Shown here one piece after another: positions 9,359 to 19,584 of a stretch of DNA of 64,000 bases. Below the pieces are notes generated by a model. That model had not been told where the DNA came from. It made no database searches and saw nothing but the letters and a program-made list of their open reading frames with translations. How positions within the stretch are numbered: the first letter of the stretch is position 1; each line of letters starts with the position of its first letter. Position numbers and translations under genes: made by a program. This DNA is from Candidatus Bathyarchaeota archaeon (GTDB taxonomy: Archaea > Thermoproteota > Bathyarchaeia > 40CM-2-53-6): contig CAWHWX010000019.1 in the NCBI GenBank assembly GCA_963833125.1, positions 96,001-160,000 of the forward strand. Reading direction: 5' to 3'.

Positions 9359-9949
9359 CTGTCACGGACGGTCGTGGTGACCGGTATTCCCGGCGTGGGC
9401 AAAACCACCGTTCTCAGCGAGTTGCAGGACTTAGCGAAGCAAAATCGAGTAAACTTAACAGTCTTGAACTTCGGGACAATAATGAATGAGATAATGCGTG
9501 ATCTTGGCAAGGAAATGAATAGGGACGAGATGAGAGAGCAGGGGATCGACACTCAGCGGAAGGTTCAGGAGCTGGCAGCCAACGAAATATCAAACCGAGC
9601 TGGTCAAGGGACGATTGTAGTCGACACCCACATGTTCGTTAGGACAAACGTAGGCATGTGGGCAGGCCTTCCCCAGAACGTACTTCAGACGCTTGGCCCG
9701 CGACTATTTGTGCTCATCGAGGCTGATCCTGAACAGATTGTGGGGAGACGGAAGATTGACACTGATCGGAAGCGGGAGCAGTCATTGGTTGAGGATATTG
9801 CGTTCGACTTGCAATGGTCGAGGGCTACTGCAGCAGCCTCTGCGGTTGCGACGGGTGCTCCTGTTAAGGTTATAAGAAATGATGCAGGTAAGCAGAAGCA
9901 AGCGGCACAGGAGTTGTTCGAAGCTATCCGTAAATTAGTTGTGGCTTAA
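9359..9949 (+). CDS. adkA: Adenylate kinase (archaeal type)
   Basis: VVVTGIPGVGKTT P-loop, NFG, DTH, GLP; start appears to be CTG at 9359 behind GGTGA. Confidence 0.93.
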   Translation: MSRTVVVTGIPGVGKTTVLSELQDLAKQNRVNLTVLNFGTIMNEIMRDLGKEMNRDEMREQGIDTQRKVQELAANEISNRAGQGTIVVDTHMFVRTNVGMWAGLPQNVLQTLGPRLFVLIEADPEQIVGRRKIDTDRKREQSLVEDIAFDLQWSRATAAASAVATGAPVKVIRNDAGKQKQAAQELFEAIRKLVVA

Positions 9950-9951
9950 CC

Positions 9952-10665
9952 TTGAACACTTCAACCAGACCAGGAATCATCGTTCTAGCGTTTCTCATCG
10001 CTGTAGCAGTTACATTATTTCTAATGCAGCCCTCCGCGGCTCAACAGACCTCCATTACGAATTCAGGCTCAATTCACGTTTATCAGAGCGCGACGACGAA
10101 CAGCACGACAACGACGAGCACGAACTCAAGCGCTCCATTCGGTTTAGGATTCATTACTACTCCAGTTGTTGCGTGGGTTAAAGGCGCCCTGACACCCTAT
10201 ATCGGTAACCCTCCGCAAATCCCGCTCTCCACCCTGTTTACCATCGGAGTGGCCGCTTGCATGGCCCTAATTTCGTCTACGGCAGCCAAAGTACTAGTGG
10301 ATTACGACATGGTTCGGTCAACTATGAAAGAGGTTCAGGCTTGGCAGAAAGAGTTGAACGCCGCAAAGAAAGCGAAGGACGAGCAGACAACATCAAAGCT
10401 CATGAAGAAAAGCCAAGCAATGATGAAGCAGCAGTCTCGGGCAAGCATGGAGCAAATGAAGGTTACCGCCGTGACGTTCGTTCCTTTTCTTCTGATTTGG
10501 TATTTGCTAAACGCGGTGCTCGGAGCCAATACGGTTGCATTTGCACCGTTCCCTCTCCCGATTATGGGCACTTCCCTCAGGTTCTTTTACTGGTACTTAC
10601 TCTGCTCCTTCTCGGTAAACCTTCCACTGATGAGGATCTTCGGAATCGGAATGAGTGATAGCTAG
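9952..10665 (+). CDS. DUF106 / EMC3-TMCO1 family membrane insertase with N-terminal extension
   Basis: TM, cytoplasmic coiled coil, then TMs ending WYLLCSF; conserved position between adk and rpl34e. Confidence 0.88.
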   Translation: MNTSTRPGIIVLAFLIAVAVTLFLMQPSAAQQTSITNSGSIHVYQSATTNSTTTTSTNSSAPFGLGFITTPVVAWVKGALTPYIGNPPQIPLSTLFTIGVAACMALISSTAAKVLVDYDMVRSTMKEVQAWQKELNAAKKAKDEQTTSKLMKKSQAMMKQQSRASMEQMKVTAVTFVPFLLIWYLLNAVLGANTVAFAPFPLPIMGTSLRFFYWYLLCSFSVNLPLMRIFGIGMSDS

Positions 10666-10926
10666 TTGCCAAGACGAGCCCTTCGTAACCGGAACATAAA
10701 GCGGAAGAACGTGAGACTCCCTGGTGGAAGGACTGCAATTCATTATCATAGAGTAGGCCCTGGCCGCGGCGCGTGCGCTTCATGCGGTATGCCACTACGC
10801 GGCACTGAACCAAAATCACTCAGAAGAGGAGCAAGATCCTCAAAACGACCGTCTAGGCCTTTTGGCGGTTCACTCTGCCACGCATGCGTTCGAGAAATGG
10901 TTCGACAAGCAACCAGAGTCGGGTAG
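10666..10926 (+). CDS. rpl34e: 50S ribosomal protein eL34
   Basis: RLPGGR..HY, CASCG.PL.G, KRPSRPFGG.LC..C. Confidence 0.96.
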   Translation: MPRRALRNRNIKRKNVRLPGGRTAIHYHRVGPGRGACASCGMPLRGTEPKSLRRGARSSKRPSRPFGGSLCHACVREMVRQATRVG

Positions 10927-10933
10927 AACACCA

Positions 10934-11500
10934 TTGCCGGGGCCGGTTATCACGGTGAGTGGCCCCCATGGGACGGGAAAGTCGACTTACGCGAAAGCCT
11001 TGGCTGAAGCGTTATACTTGCGTTATGTTTCTGCCGGCGAATTATTTAGGGATCTTGCGAAACAGCATAAACTCTCTCTAGAAGCCTTTAGCCACCGCGC
11101 CGCAAGTGACTCCAGCATAGATCAGATGTTAGATGAACGAACGAAGGCCGAAGCGAAGAAGGGGGGTGTTGTAATCGATGCTCAGTTGGGGGCGTGGATG
11201 GTGAGGGATCTTGCGGACGTAAAGGTACTATTGACCGCACCTGATGAAATAAGGTTCAAGAGGATCGCAGAACGCGACGGTAGCGACATGGCCAGTGCGA
11301 TGAGAGAAACTGAAAACAGAGAAACTATCCAAAAACAGCGCTACATGAAATATTACGCGATTGACGTAACCGATCTATCCATTTACGACCTTAAGATCGA
11401 CACAAGCCTATACCCCATCGAAAAAACGAAAGCGATTATCCTAGACGCCGTGCGCAATTTCCTCTTGAAAAGAGGGAAGCTGAAAGAGTCCACGCGTTAG
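10934..11500 (+). CDS. cmk: Cytidylate kinase
   Basis: ITVSGPHGTGKST, SAGELFR, D.SIYDL.IDT; likely TTG start at 10934. Confidence 0.92.
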   Translation: MPGPVITVSGPHGTGKSTYAKALAEALYLRYVSAGELFRDLAKQHKLSLEAFSHRAASDSSIDQMLDERTKAEAKKGGVVIDAQLGAWMVRDLADVKVLLTAPDEIRFKRIAERDGSDMASAMRETENRETIQKQRYMKYYAIDVTDLSIYDLKIDTSLYPIEKTKAIILDAVRNFLLKRGKLKESTR

Positions 11501-11557
11501 GGTACCCTTATTTATTCCCACGCGTCTACTTCGCTAAATCAATCCGTGTGACAATCT

Positions 11558-11854
11558 ATGCCCGGAATGGAAGTAGGAAGAGTCTGCGTCAAACTCTCAG
11601 GCCGTGAAACAGGCAAGAAATGCGTAGTCGTGGATGTTGTCGACAAGAACTTTGTGCTCGTAACAGGACCAAAATCTGTTAGCGGTGTAAGACGGAGGAG
11701 AACGAACGTCGACCATCTCGAACCAACAGCTGAACTAGTCGAACTCAAGAAAGGCGCCGCGGACGAAGATGTGGAGAAGGCGATTACGAAGGGCAAGAAA
11801 ACGAAATACATGAAGGAAGACGTCATGCCTACGAGGCCGCAGGCAGCGAGCTAA
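11558..11854 (+). CDS. rpl14e: 50S ribosomal protein eL14
   Basis: VGRVCVKLSGRETGKKCVVVDVVDKNFVLVTGP, RRRRTNVDHLEP. Confidence 0.97.
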   Translation: MPGMEVGRVCVKLSGRETGKKCVVVDVVDKNFVLVTGPKSVSGVRRRRTNVDHLEPTAELVELKKGAADEDVEKAITKGKKTKYMKEDVMPTRPQAAS

Positions 11855-11952
11855 AGACACGAAATTCATACGCCTTGTAGGCCAACGTTCGCCAAAACAA
11901 TTCTCTTCCTTAATAGCGTCAAAACGCTACCTCCTACTGTGAGGTGAATTGT

Positions 11953-12962
11953 TTGCAAGTTGTCACGCCTTGGGCCGTGAGCAGGGAGATGATTACGAAG
12001 GTTGAGGAGACGACGAATGCAACCTATGGCTGCAGGCCCGAAGACAGGCCGATACAGCTCAGGATAAAATACGGCCTCGTAAATCTGGATAAACCCCCAG
12101 GCCCTTCCAGTCATGAAGTGGTGGCTTGGATTAAGCGTATGATGAAGCTTTCACATGCCGGTCACGGCGGAACCCTAGAGACCTCATAGTCGGGGCAATC
12201 CAAAGGTAACCGGCATCCTACCAGTCGCGCTGGAGGAAGCCACGAAAGTCGTTCAAGGTTTCCTCTACTCAGGCAAGGAGTACGTATGCGTAATGCAGGT
12301 GCATGCCGACATACCGGAAAGCACTGTCCGTGATCTTCTGAATGAGTTCGTTGGGGAGATGTGGCAGAAGCCTCCGTTGAGGGCTTCGGTGAAGAGGGAA
12401 CCGCGGAAGCGTTTCATCTACCAGCTTGACGTTTTCGAGATCGATGGAAGGAAGGTTCTCTTCAAATGCTCCTGCCAAGCCGGGACATACATGCGCAAAC
12501 TATGTTCGGACATAGGCGAGGTGCTGGGGTGCGGAGCGCATATGCAGGAGCTAAGGCGAACACGTGCGGGACCCTTCACTGAAGACACATCACTTGTCAC
12601 CTTACACCAGCTTAGCGCGGCTCAAACTGACTTCGAATCGGGTGACGAGCACGCCTTGATGAAAATCATACAACCAATGGAGGTCGGCGCTCACTTCTCT
12701 TCCTAAGGTTGTTATCCGCGACTCTGCAGTCGACTCCGTCTGTCATGGGGCTGACTTGGCGTTGCCAGGTCTTTTGCAATTGGATTCCGCTATTGAACGG
12801 AACCGGCTGGTTGCCATTTTCACTTTGAAGGGTGAGGCCGTGGGCTTGGGACGAGCGCTCCTCACTTCTAGAGAGATGCTGGATCAAGAGAGAGGCGAGG
12901 CGGTAAAGATTGTACGTGTCATTATGGAGCGGGGCACTTACCCTGCTTTGTGGAAACATTAG
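11953..12962 (+). CDS. cbf5: H/ACA RNA-guided pseudouridine synthase Cbf5, intron-containing
   Basis: LDKPPGPSSHEV, GHGGTL[D]PKVTG after removing 19 nt, KEYV, QKPP, GTYMRKLC, ELRRTR, PUA domain; extra G near 12686 shifts the frame (probable error). Confidence 0.95.
12179..12197 (+). other. Pre-mRNA intron with bulge-helix-bulge motif in the cbf5 catalytic Asp codon
   Basis: AGACCTCATAGTCGGGGCA; removal restores G|AT (Asp) and the reading frame; CCCT/GGGG central helix, AG|A and CA|A bulges, GAC/GTC intron stem. Confidence 0.9.
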
Positions 12963-13046
12963 GTCGGGAATCGACCTGCGGGGCTTGGTTTTCTATGGCT
13001 CGTTCGTGCATGCTTAAATTTGGCTTGGGGTTTTCAAACGGAAGGA

Positions 13047-13163
13047 GCCGGGGTTCCCTAGCCTGGTAAGGGGCAGATTCATGACGCCTAGGCCTGGAAT
13101 CATGGAACCGTAAGCCTGTGGTCCTTTGGGGCCTCGAGGGTTCAAATCCCTCTCCCGGCGCCA
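13047..13163 (+). tRNA. tRNA-Ser(GGA) with two introns (29/30 and 37/38), encoded CCA
   Basis: GCCGGGG/TCCCGGC acceptor, discriminator G, long variable arm, GAGGG-TTCAAAT-CCCTC T arm; removing 13077-13091 and 13100-13112 gives CAGGC-CT-GGA-AA-GCCTG. Confidence 0.85.
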
Positions 13164-13326
13164 TACCTGTCAATACTTTGGATGCTTCTGAAGAGGGACG
13201 AGCTGGGAAATGGCGGAGAACTCGGGGTCTCTGTTAAGTGGATCATTGCTCTCGGCACTGTCGTTGGCGTGGTAGAGTTTCTCTATTTGACCGGCGGAGA
13301 ATTCTGGCTCATGCCCGTTGCTGGGG

Positions 13327-13720
13327 CTACTTCGTTTGCTGGGTTTGGAAAAATTGAAACAGTTCTATGAGGTTTCCGGATGGATCCTGGAGAAGAATCT
13401 GCTTGCCGCCGATGCCCGTAACAGTCTCATTGCGAAACCTGCAACCACCTTTCTTTAGCTTCTCAACGGTTGAGTCAAGATCGTCAACTGAGATTGAGAT
13501 TCGGTTCCAGCCTCCCGGAGATTGTGGTGTCCCGTCGAGCATTGATTGACCGCCGCCACCTCGTGCACTAGGTTTTGTGAGGAATAGCCGAAAATCGCCT
13601 CGTGACAAGATAGCAAACTCGGCTGCTGGGTATCTCCATCTCGAAATCTAGCATCCTCGTGTAGAACTCAATAGCTGCATCTACATCATTCACAATGTAC
13701 CTGACGCTCACCGATCCCAT
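13327..13720 (-). CDS. VOC/glyoxalase family protein (frameshift near 13635)
   Basis: MGSVSVRYIVNDVDAAIEFY ... RISISVDDL ... DPSGNLIELF. Confidence 0.85.
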
Positions 13721-13792
13721 ATTGCAAACCAAGCCCTTTGCATGCCGAACTTAATTCAGTACATATTTCACAGTCACGATGGCAAGCTCGTT

Positions 13793-14618
13793 TCAGTATT
13801 GAATTACTCCTTGCTCCGCCTTTATCGTTATGTTGGAAGTTAGGCCGCCGTCAATAACCAAGACCTGTCCAGTGACATAATCTGCCAGTGGTGAGGCCAG
13901 GAAAAGGGCGCCTCCTGCTATTTCTTCGGGTTTAGCCATGTACCCCAAAGGTATTCGGCTTCTTGAGTTCCTTCATCAACTCTTCGTTGAGATACGGTAC
14001 GGTCATGTCGGTTTCGACCCAACCTGGAGCGATCGAGTTAACGGTTATTTTGTGACTCGCTAGTTCTACGGCCATGCATTTAGTCATCATGATCAGTGAG
14101 GCTTTGCTCGAAGAGTAAGCAACGACGCCCTCCTCCGCCTCCATTCCGTCAACCGATGAGATTACGATGATTCTCCCACCAGAACCCTGTTTGATCATTT
14201 GTTTCGCAATCAGCTGGCTGCAGCTGAAGCAGCCCTTTATGTTTACATCAAAATGTTCCTGAAGATTCGCTTCGTCCATATCCATCAACGAACCCCCCTT
14301 CATTATCGCCGCGTTATTCACGAGCACATCAACCCTTCCGAACTTCTGGAGCGTCGTCTCAAGCATCTTCTCCACTTGAGTTCGGTCACTGACATCCAGC
14401 TGCAGGACGATAGCGTGACCGCCAGCCTTTGTGATCTCATCGGCAAGAGCTTCACACCTCTTGCGACCGTCAGGTCGCCTCATCCTGTCTGCTATGACCA
14501 CGTTACATCCGGAGTGTCCAAAAGCCCTGGCGATCGCTTCTCCGATACCACGAGCTGCGCCCGTTACAATCACTACTTTGCCCTCAAGCCCCAGACCAAA
14601 TTGAGAATTCGAACTCAT
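13793..14618 (-). CDS. SDR family NAD(P)-dependent oxidoreductase (frameshift near 13958)
   Basis: TGAARGIG, NNA, YSSSK, NSIAPG; shifted tail RIPLGYMAKPEEIA...YVTGQVLVIDGG. Confidence 0.92.
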
Positions 14619-14794
14619 TCAAACCAACTTCCTGCCTATCCTCAAGACCTCTGGAAATAAGATTTCTTAGGAGTAGCGTTACCCAGAATTGGCGGATCCG
14701 ATTTCTTTGTGAGCATAGATCAGGAACGTTTTGCCGGGGCTCGCAACGCTTAGTCTTAAATACATCTAGAAGGCCACCTGAGCTCTCACACAGG

Positions 14795-16627
14795 TTGAGA
14801 CTGATGGGTTCTAGATTCCGACTCTTGATTGTGGCTGTTATCGTAAATTCGATCTTGCTGTCAGCAACTTTCATGCCTGCCTACGCGCAGATGATTCAGC
14901 ACGGCGGGACGCTTCACCTCGCGCTGCCGAACACGATTGATAATTTCTCCCAGTTTCTAACCTCTTCCTACCAAGCTTGGTACTTCAATCAGATGGATTA
15001 CCCGGACCCTGGCGTGCCAGTGAGTACGGGACTTATGCATGTTGCAGTGTCGAATTATTGGTCGAATACCCAGGCTACCACTTGGTATTTCATGGTCCGA
15101 CCTGGCATGACATGGTCCGATGGGATACCAGTCAATGCCACAGACTTGGCCTACTCACTCAAGCTTATGTTTTCGACCTTCACTTGGGGTGCTGGCAGCT
15201 TATCACTTTACGCAAGCTATCTGGCGGGCACGGTTGATAGTTCAATTAGACCGGTGAATGCGACCGTCGTCGAGGTTGATCTGAATCAACCATTCGGTAC
15301 ACTCGGCGACATCGTTGGATCTGAGAACACGCCTAATCTTGTGCCCTACCACGTTTGGAAGAACTACATCATGAACGGCACAGCGCCAGGCCCGAACTTC
15401 GGAACGCTTGTCAGCGCAGGCGCATATTATGTCTCGAATTACACGCAGGGTGATTCCCAGATAGTTCTTCTTCCCAACCCATACGGATCTCCGTTCGGTG
15501 GCGACGAGAAAGGCATCCCGTACTTGGACAAAGTGATCGTTCTGCTTGTCCCGACTACGGCGGACTTATCGTTGATGTTGAAGGGCGGCCAGATTGATGC
15601 GGCCCCCGTATCGCCATCTGACGTTGCAGGCCTTACCTCCAATCCCAATTTCAAAGCCACATACGGCCCGACTCCGGACACATGGAACCTCGAATACCCC
15701 GTCTGGAATTATCCGTACAACATGAGCGACTTCCGGAAGGCCATGGCCTATTCGATCAATAAGACTGACCTAGTGCAGACCGCCTTAGCGGGTTACGGCT
15801 CGCCCGGTAACTCAGGATACATTCCGTGGGAGAATGCACCTGAATTCAACTCAAGCGTACCTCAGTACAATTACAACCCTCAAATGGCGCAGCAACTTCT
15901 AGGATCACTACCCGGTTGGACTAAGGGCAGTGACGGATACTGGAAGTTGCCAGATGGAACAACCTTCACACCAACGATTTACGCTCCCGCGGAAGCCCAG
16001 CCAATCGTCACAGCCGGTAACAGGATTGTTCAGTACTTCAGAGCAGTAGGAATTGATGCCCAGGTTCAGTCGATTGCGACCACCTCCATGTCGACGATTT
16101 GGGCTAAAGGGACGAACATGTACTTCCACGAACAGAACTACGGCTACCCGAACTCGGAATTACTCTTCGACTACTCTTTCGACGGTTTCGGCACAGGGCC
16201 CCCTCTGACGCAGCCAGTATTTTGGCCCACTAGCGTCGGAACCGAATACAACAACACATTGAAGCAACTGATCTCTGAAGGAACTGCGACTGGAAGGGCG
16301 CAGCTTATGCAAAACCTACAGGGCATCGTCGCCGAGAACCTACCATCATTAACCCTCTTCTACGTTGACTCAGTCTGGGTGTACAACACCGCGAACTTCG
16401 GCGGATGGCCATCACCCCCGAGCACGATGGATTGGCCGGGCGGAATGTTCAACATGACAGCACTTGCGAGCATATACAGCCTAAGCGCTCAGTCAACAAC
16501 CATGAGCTCCACGTCAAGCACCACCCCATCGGGAGGCGCTGATATGACTCCCTACATCGCCGGCGGGGTAATCGTTGTGATCGCGCTGATCGCTGTTGGG
16601 CTGTATGCGCGAAGAAAACGCGCCTAA
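14795..16627 (+). CDS. Family-5 (Opp/Dpp-type) ABC substrate-binding protein with C-terminal S/T linker and membrane anchor
   Basis: Signal peptide, WSDG.PV.A.D, FRKAMAYSINK, C-terminal TM plus RRKRA. Confidence 0.9.
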   Translation: MRLMGSRFRLLIVAVIVNSILLSATFMPAYAQMIQHGGTLHLALPNTIDNFSQFLTSSYQAWYFNQMDYPDPGVPVSTGLMHVAVSNYWSNTQATTWYFMVRPGMTWSDGIPVNATDLAYSLKLMFSTFTWGAGSLSLYASYLAGTVDSSIRPVNATVVEVDLNQPFGTLGDIVGSENTPNLVPYHVWKNYIMNGTAPGPNFGTLVSAGAYYVSNYTQGDSQIVLLPNPYGSPFGGDEKGIPYLDKVIVLLVPTTADLSLMLKGGQIDAAPVSPSDVAGLTSNPNFKATYGPTPDTWNLEYPVWNYPYNMSDFRKAMAYSINKTDLVQTALAGYGSPGNSGYIPWENAPEFNSSVPQYNYNPQMAQQLLGSLPGWTKGSDGYWKLPDGTTFTPTIYAPAEAQPIVTAGNRIVQYFRAVGIDAQVQSIATTSMSTIWAKGTNMYFHEQNYGYPNSELLFDYSFDGFGTGPPLTQPVFWPTSVGTEYNNTLKQLISEGTATGRAQLMQNLQGIVAENLPSLTLFYVDSVWVYNTANFGGWPSPPSTMDWPGGMFNMTALASIYSLSAQSTTMSSTSSTTPSGGADMTPYIAGGVIVVIALIAVGLYARRKRA

Positions 16628-16637
16628 GCGAACCTAG

Positions 16638-17631
16638 TTGCGAGTCAGCGGCCAGTACGTGTTACGGCGTACGATCTACGCCGCACTCACACTTTTCGCT
16701 GTAGTCTGCATCAACTTTCTAATTCCTCGCATGATGCCTGGCAGTCCGCTAATCTACTTCGCCAATCCACACATAATTTCATCGCCACAGGCCATGGCGG
16801 CCCTGACCCGAAGGTTCGGGCTGGATCGCCCAGTCTGGGTTCAATTCACATTATATGTCGCAAATACTCTCTCATGGCCGCCGAACTTTGGAATCTCCTA
16901 TCTCTTCTACCCAACTCCAGTTTTCACAACGATAATGCAATACCTTCCGTGGACGCTTTTCCTAGTAGGAGTTTCCACAATAATCACTGCCATCATCGGC
17001 ATCTTACTGGGAGTATGGAGCGGCTCTCGTCCCGGAAGCAAGTTTGACACCGCCACGATGTCAGTCTCCATGTTACTATGGACTATGCCATTTTTCTGGT
17101 TAGGAATAATCCTCTTGTGGATCTTCGCAATTACACTTCACTGGTTTCCCGTCGCCGGAGCGGCTTCAGCGGGCATAACTGCCAGCAACCCCCTCGATTT
17201 CGCGGATTCGGGCGACATCCTGTGGCACGCATTCTTGCCCATGATGACTTTGATTATCGCGTCATATGCGGGGTACTCGCTGATTATGCGAAACACAATG
17301 GTTGGCGAGCTATCGCAGGATTACATCTTAATGGCTCGAGCAAAGGGTCTGCGTGAAAGAGCGATTCTGTTTGGGCACGCGGCTGAAAAACGCGATGCTG
17401 CCCATGATAACCCTGATTGGATTAAATCTGGGGTACGTCGTCAGCGGTGCATTGTTGGTTGAAATAGTCTTCTCCTATCCCGGAGTAGGCTACCTAACCT
17501 ATAGAGCCGTCTTGGCTCACGACTATCCATTGCTTCAAGGCCTCTTCTTTATTCTGTCTCTCACGGTTGTCGCCGCTAACTATCTGGCTGACCTTTTCTA
17601 CGCTTTCCTGGATCCGCGGATAAAGTATTAG
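16638..17631 (+). CDS. Opp/Dpp ABC permease B (frameshift near 17381)
   Basis: FLIPRMMPG, FGLDRP..VQF, YILMARAKGL, HA-LKNAMLP, DYPLLQG, LDPRI. Confidence 0.9.
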
Positions 17632-17645
17632 CGTGAGGTCTGGCC

Positions 17646-18533
17646 ATGCAGCAAGACACGATACAGCAACGACTCCGAGGTCTAACTTCACATTGGCCGT
17701 CGATGCTTTCCGAGGTATTACGTCATCGACGAGCCCAAGTTGGGTTTGGAATAATTGTTTTCTTCACAATCTTGGCTTTAGCCGCGCCCGTCATAGCACC
17801 TTATTCTCCTTACGCCTTCCCGGCCCCCGGTCAGCCTTACGCTCCTCCCAGTCAGCATTTTCTCCTAGGCACAGACTACGTAGGGGAGGATATATTGAGC
17901 GAAATCATTTACGGAGGGAGAGTATCTATCGCGGTGGGTCTGGTCGTAGCCGCCCTTTCTTCGCTGGTCGGGACCGTTGTTGGTGTGATAGCGGGCTATT
18001 ACAAGCAGACGATCGACGAAGTCCTAATGAGAGGAACAGATATCGTTCTCATCCTGCCCTCGTTGCCCCTCATGATCATACTTGCCGCTTATCTGGGTCC
18101 TAGTCTTCAGACCGTCATCATAGTTTTGACCGTTACTTCGTGGCCTGCAGTGGCGAGAGTGGTCCGCTCCCAGACATTATCTCTTCGCGAGCGACCCTTC
18201 ACGGACTCGGCAAGAGTAGTTGGTGCAAGTGACTTCAGAATAATCACAAAACTCATGCTCCCGAACCTAGCAAGCATCATAGCGGCCAACGCAGTTCTCA
18301 TGGTAACCACCGCGATAGTAGGCGAGGCCGCGCTTGACTTCATAGGGTTAGGCGACATTACGGTAGTAAGTTGGGGAACAATGCTTTACTGGGCACAGGC
18401 TTACGCTCTCTTCAATGGCGCTTGGTGGTGGGTTATCGCGCCAGGTCTATGCATAATCTTAGTAGGACTTGCGTTCGTCCTCATCAGCGTTTCAATTGAA
18501 GATGTTTTCAACCCGAAGTTGAGAAGCCTTTGA
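17646..18533 (+). CDS. Opp/Dpp ABC permease C
   Basis: H.LLGTD..G.DI, ARVVRSQTLSLRERPF, SWG.ML, WWW...PG, FNPK. Confidence 0.93.
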   Translation: MQQDTIQQRLRGLTSHWPSMLSEVLRHRRAQVGFGIIVFFTILALAAPVIAPYSPYAFPAPGQPYAPPSQHFLLGTDYVGEDILSEIIYGGRVSIAVGLVVAALSSLVGTVVGVIAGYYKQTIDEVLMRGTDIVLILPSLPLMIILAAYLGPSLQTVIIVLTVTSWPAVARVVRSQTLSLRERPFTDSARVVGASDFRIITKLMLPNLASIIAANAVLMVTTAIVGEAALDFIGLGDITVVSWGTMLYWAQAYALFNGAWWWVIAPGLCIILVGLAFVLISVSIEDVFNPKLRSL

Positions 18534-19531
18534 CGCCTCAAGCAGTCCTCAACCATGAAACTGCACCTACCGAAGGTGCATTAATTGAAGTGAAGAATCT
18601 CTCTGTAACGTACCAAACCCGCGCTGGCTACACGAAAGCCGTCGACGATATCTCCTTCACCATAAACAAAGGCGAGGTTCTAGGGCTAGCCGGAGAATCA
18701 GCGTGCGGAAAAACCACAACAGCTCTTTCACTAATTCGCCTTCTAGGCTCAAACGCCAAGACCGAGGGCGAGGTTCTCATAAATGGTCAGAACATCTTGA
18801 CGATGAGTCAAGAAGAGCTCCGGAATCTAAGATGGAAGCAAGTGTCTTTGATCCCTCAAGGGTCAATGAATTCGCTTGATCCCGTGATACCTATTGGCAA
18901 ACAAATAGTCGAAGCGATTTCTGCACATACGCGAGTTCCGAGAAGGCAAGCGTGGGAAATGGCAACCCAACTACTGTCATCAGTAGCCATCCACCCCTCA
19001 AGGGCAAGAAACTACCCCCACGAATTCAGCGGAGGAATGAAGCAGCGAACCGTGATCGCTATGGCTCTCGCGCTTAATCCGTTGCTCGTTATCGCAGACG
19101 AACCCACCACAGCGTTAGATGTCGTTGTTCAGAAGCAACTCCTCAACCTTTTGAAGGGGCTGCAGGCAAAACTCGGGGTCTCCTTTCTCTTCGTCACCCA
19201 TGACCTCTCGGTGATCGCCGAAATCGCAGATAGAATCGCAATAATGTATGCTGGCAGAATCGTTGAGATCGGCAAGAAAGACGATGTCTTGAAACATCCA
19301 TCGCATCCGTACACGGAAGCTCTTGTAAACTCAGTTCCGAAAGTCTTCGGTGATCGGCAGACTCTCAATTCGATTCCCGGAAATCCACCCACTGGAGTGT
19401 GGCCTACCGGCTGCAGATTCCATCCTCGATGCAAGTATGCCTGGGACCTGTGCAAGGAAAAAGAACCACAATTAATGAAATCAAAGACAGGATCCCAAGC
19501 CGCTTGCCATCTCATCTCGGCAAACGCTTAA
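18530..19531 (+). CDS. Opp/Dpp ABC ATPase D
   Basis: GESACGKT, YPHEFSGGMKQR, ADEPTT, GCRFHPRC. Confidence 0.94.
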   Translation: MTPQAVLNHETAPTEGALIEVKNLSVTYQTRAGYTKAVDDISFTINKGEVLGLAGESACGKTTTALSLIRLLGSNAKTEGEVLINGQNILTMSQEELRNLRWKQVSLIPQGSMNSLDPVIPIGKQIVEAISAHTRVPRRQAWEMATQLLSSVAIHPSRARNYPHEFSGGMKQRTVIAMALALNPLLVIADEPTTALDVVVQKQLLNLLKGLQAKLGVSFLFVTHDLSVIAEIADRIAIMYAGRIVEIGKKDDVLKHPSHPYTEALVNSVPKVFGDRQTLNSIPGNPPTGVWPTGCRFHPRCKYAWDLCKEKEPQLMKSKTGSQAACHLISANA

Positions 19532-19584
19532 TGCGAGCCTGCACGCACGCTAAGGAACGCTAGCTGCCACCGAGTCAGAGCCAC

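Noticed and set aside
12680-12710. Second break in cbf5 as another intron or a split PUA gene
   Set aside because: One extra G restores MEVALTSLPKVVIRDSAV; no BHB fold; matches the window-wide indel pattern
13182-13370. 62-aa hydrophobic ORF after the tRNA
   Set aside because: No recognisable motif or SD, and it overlaps the VOC gene end; cannot be supported
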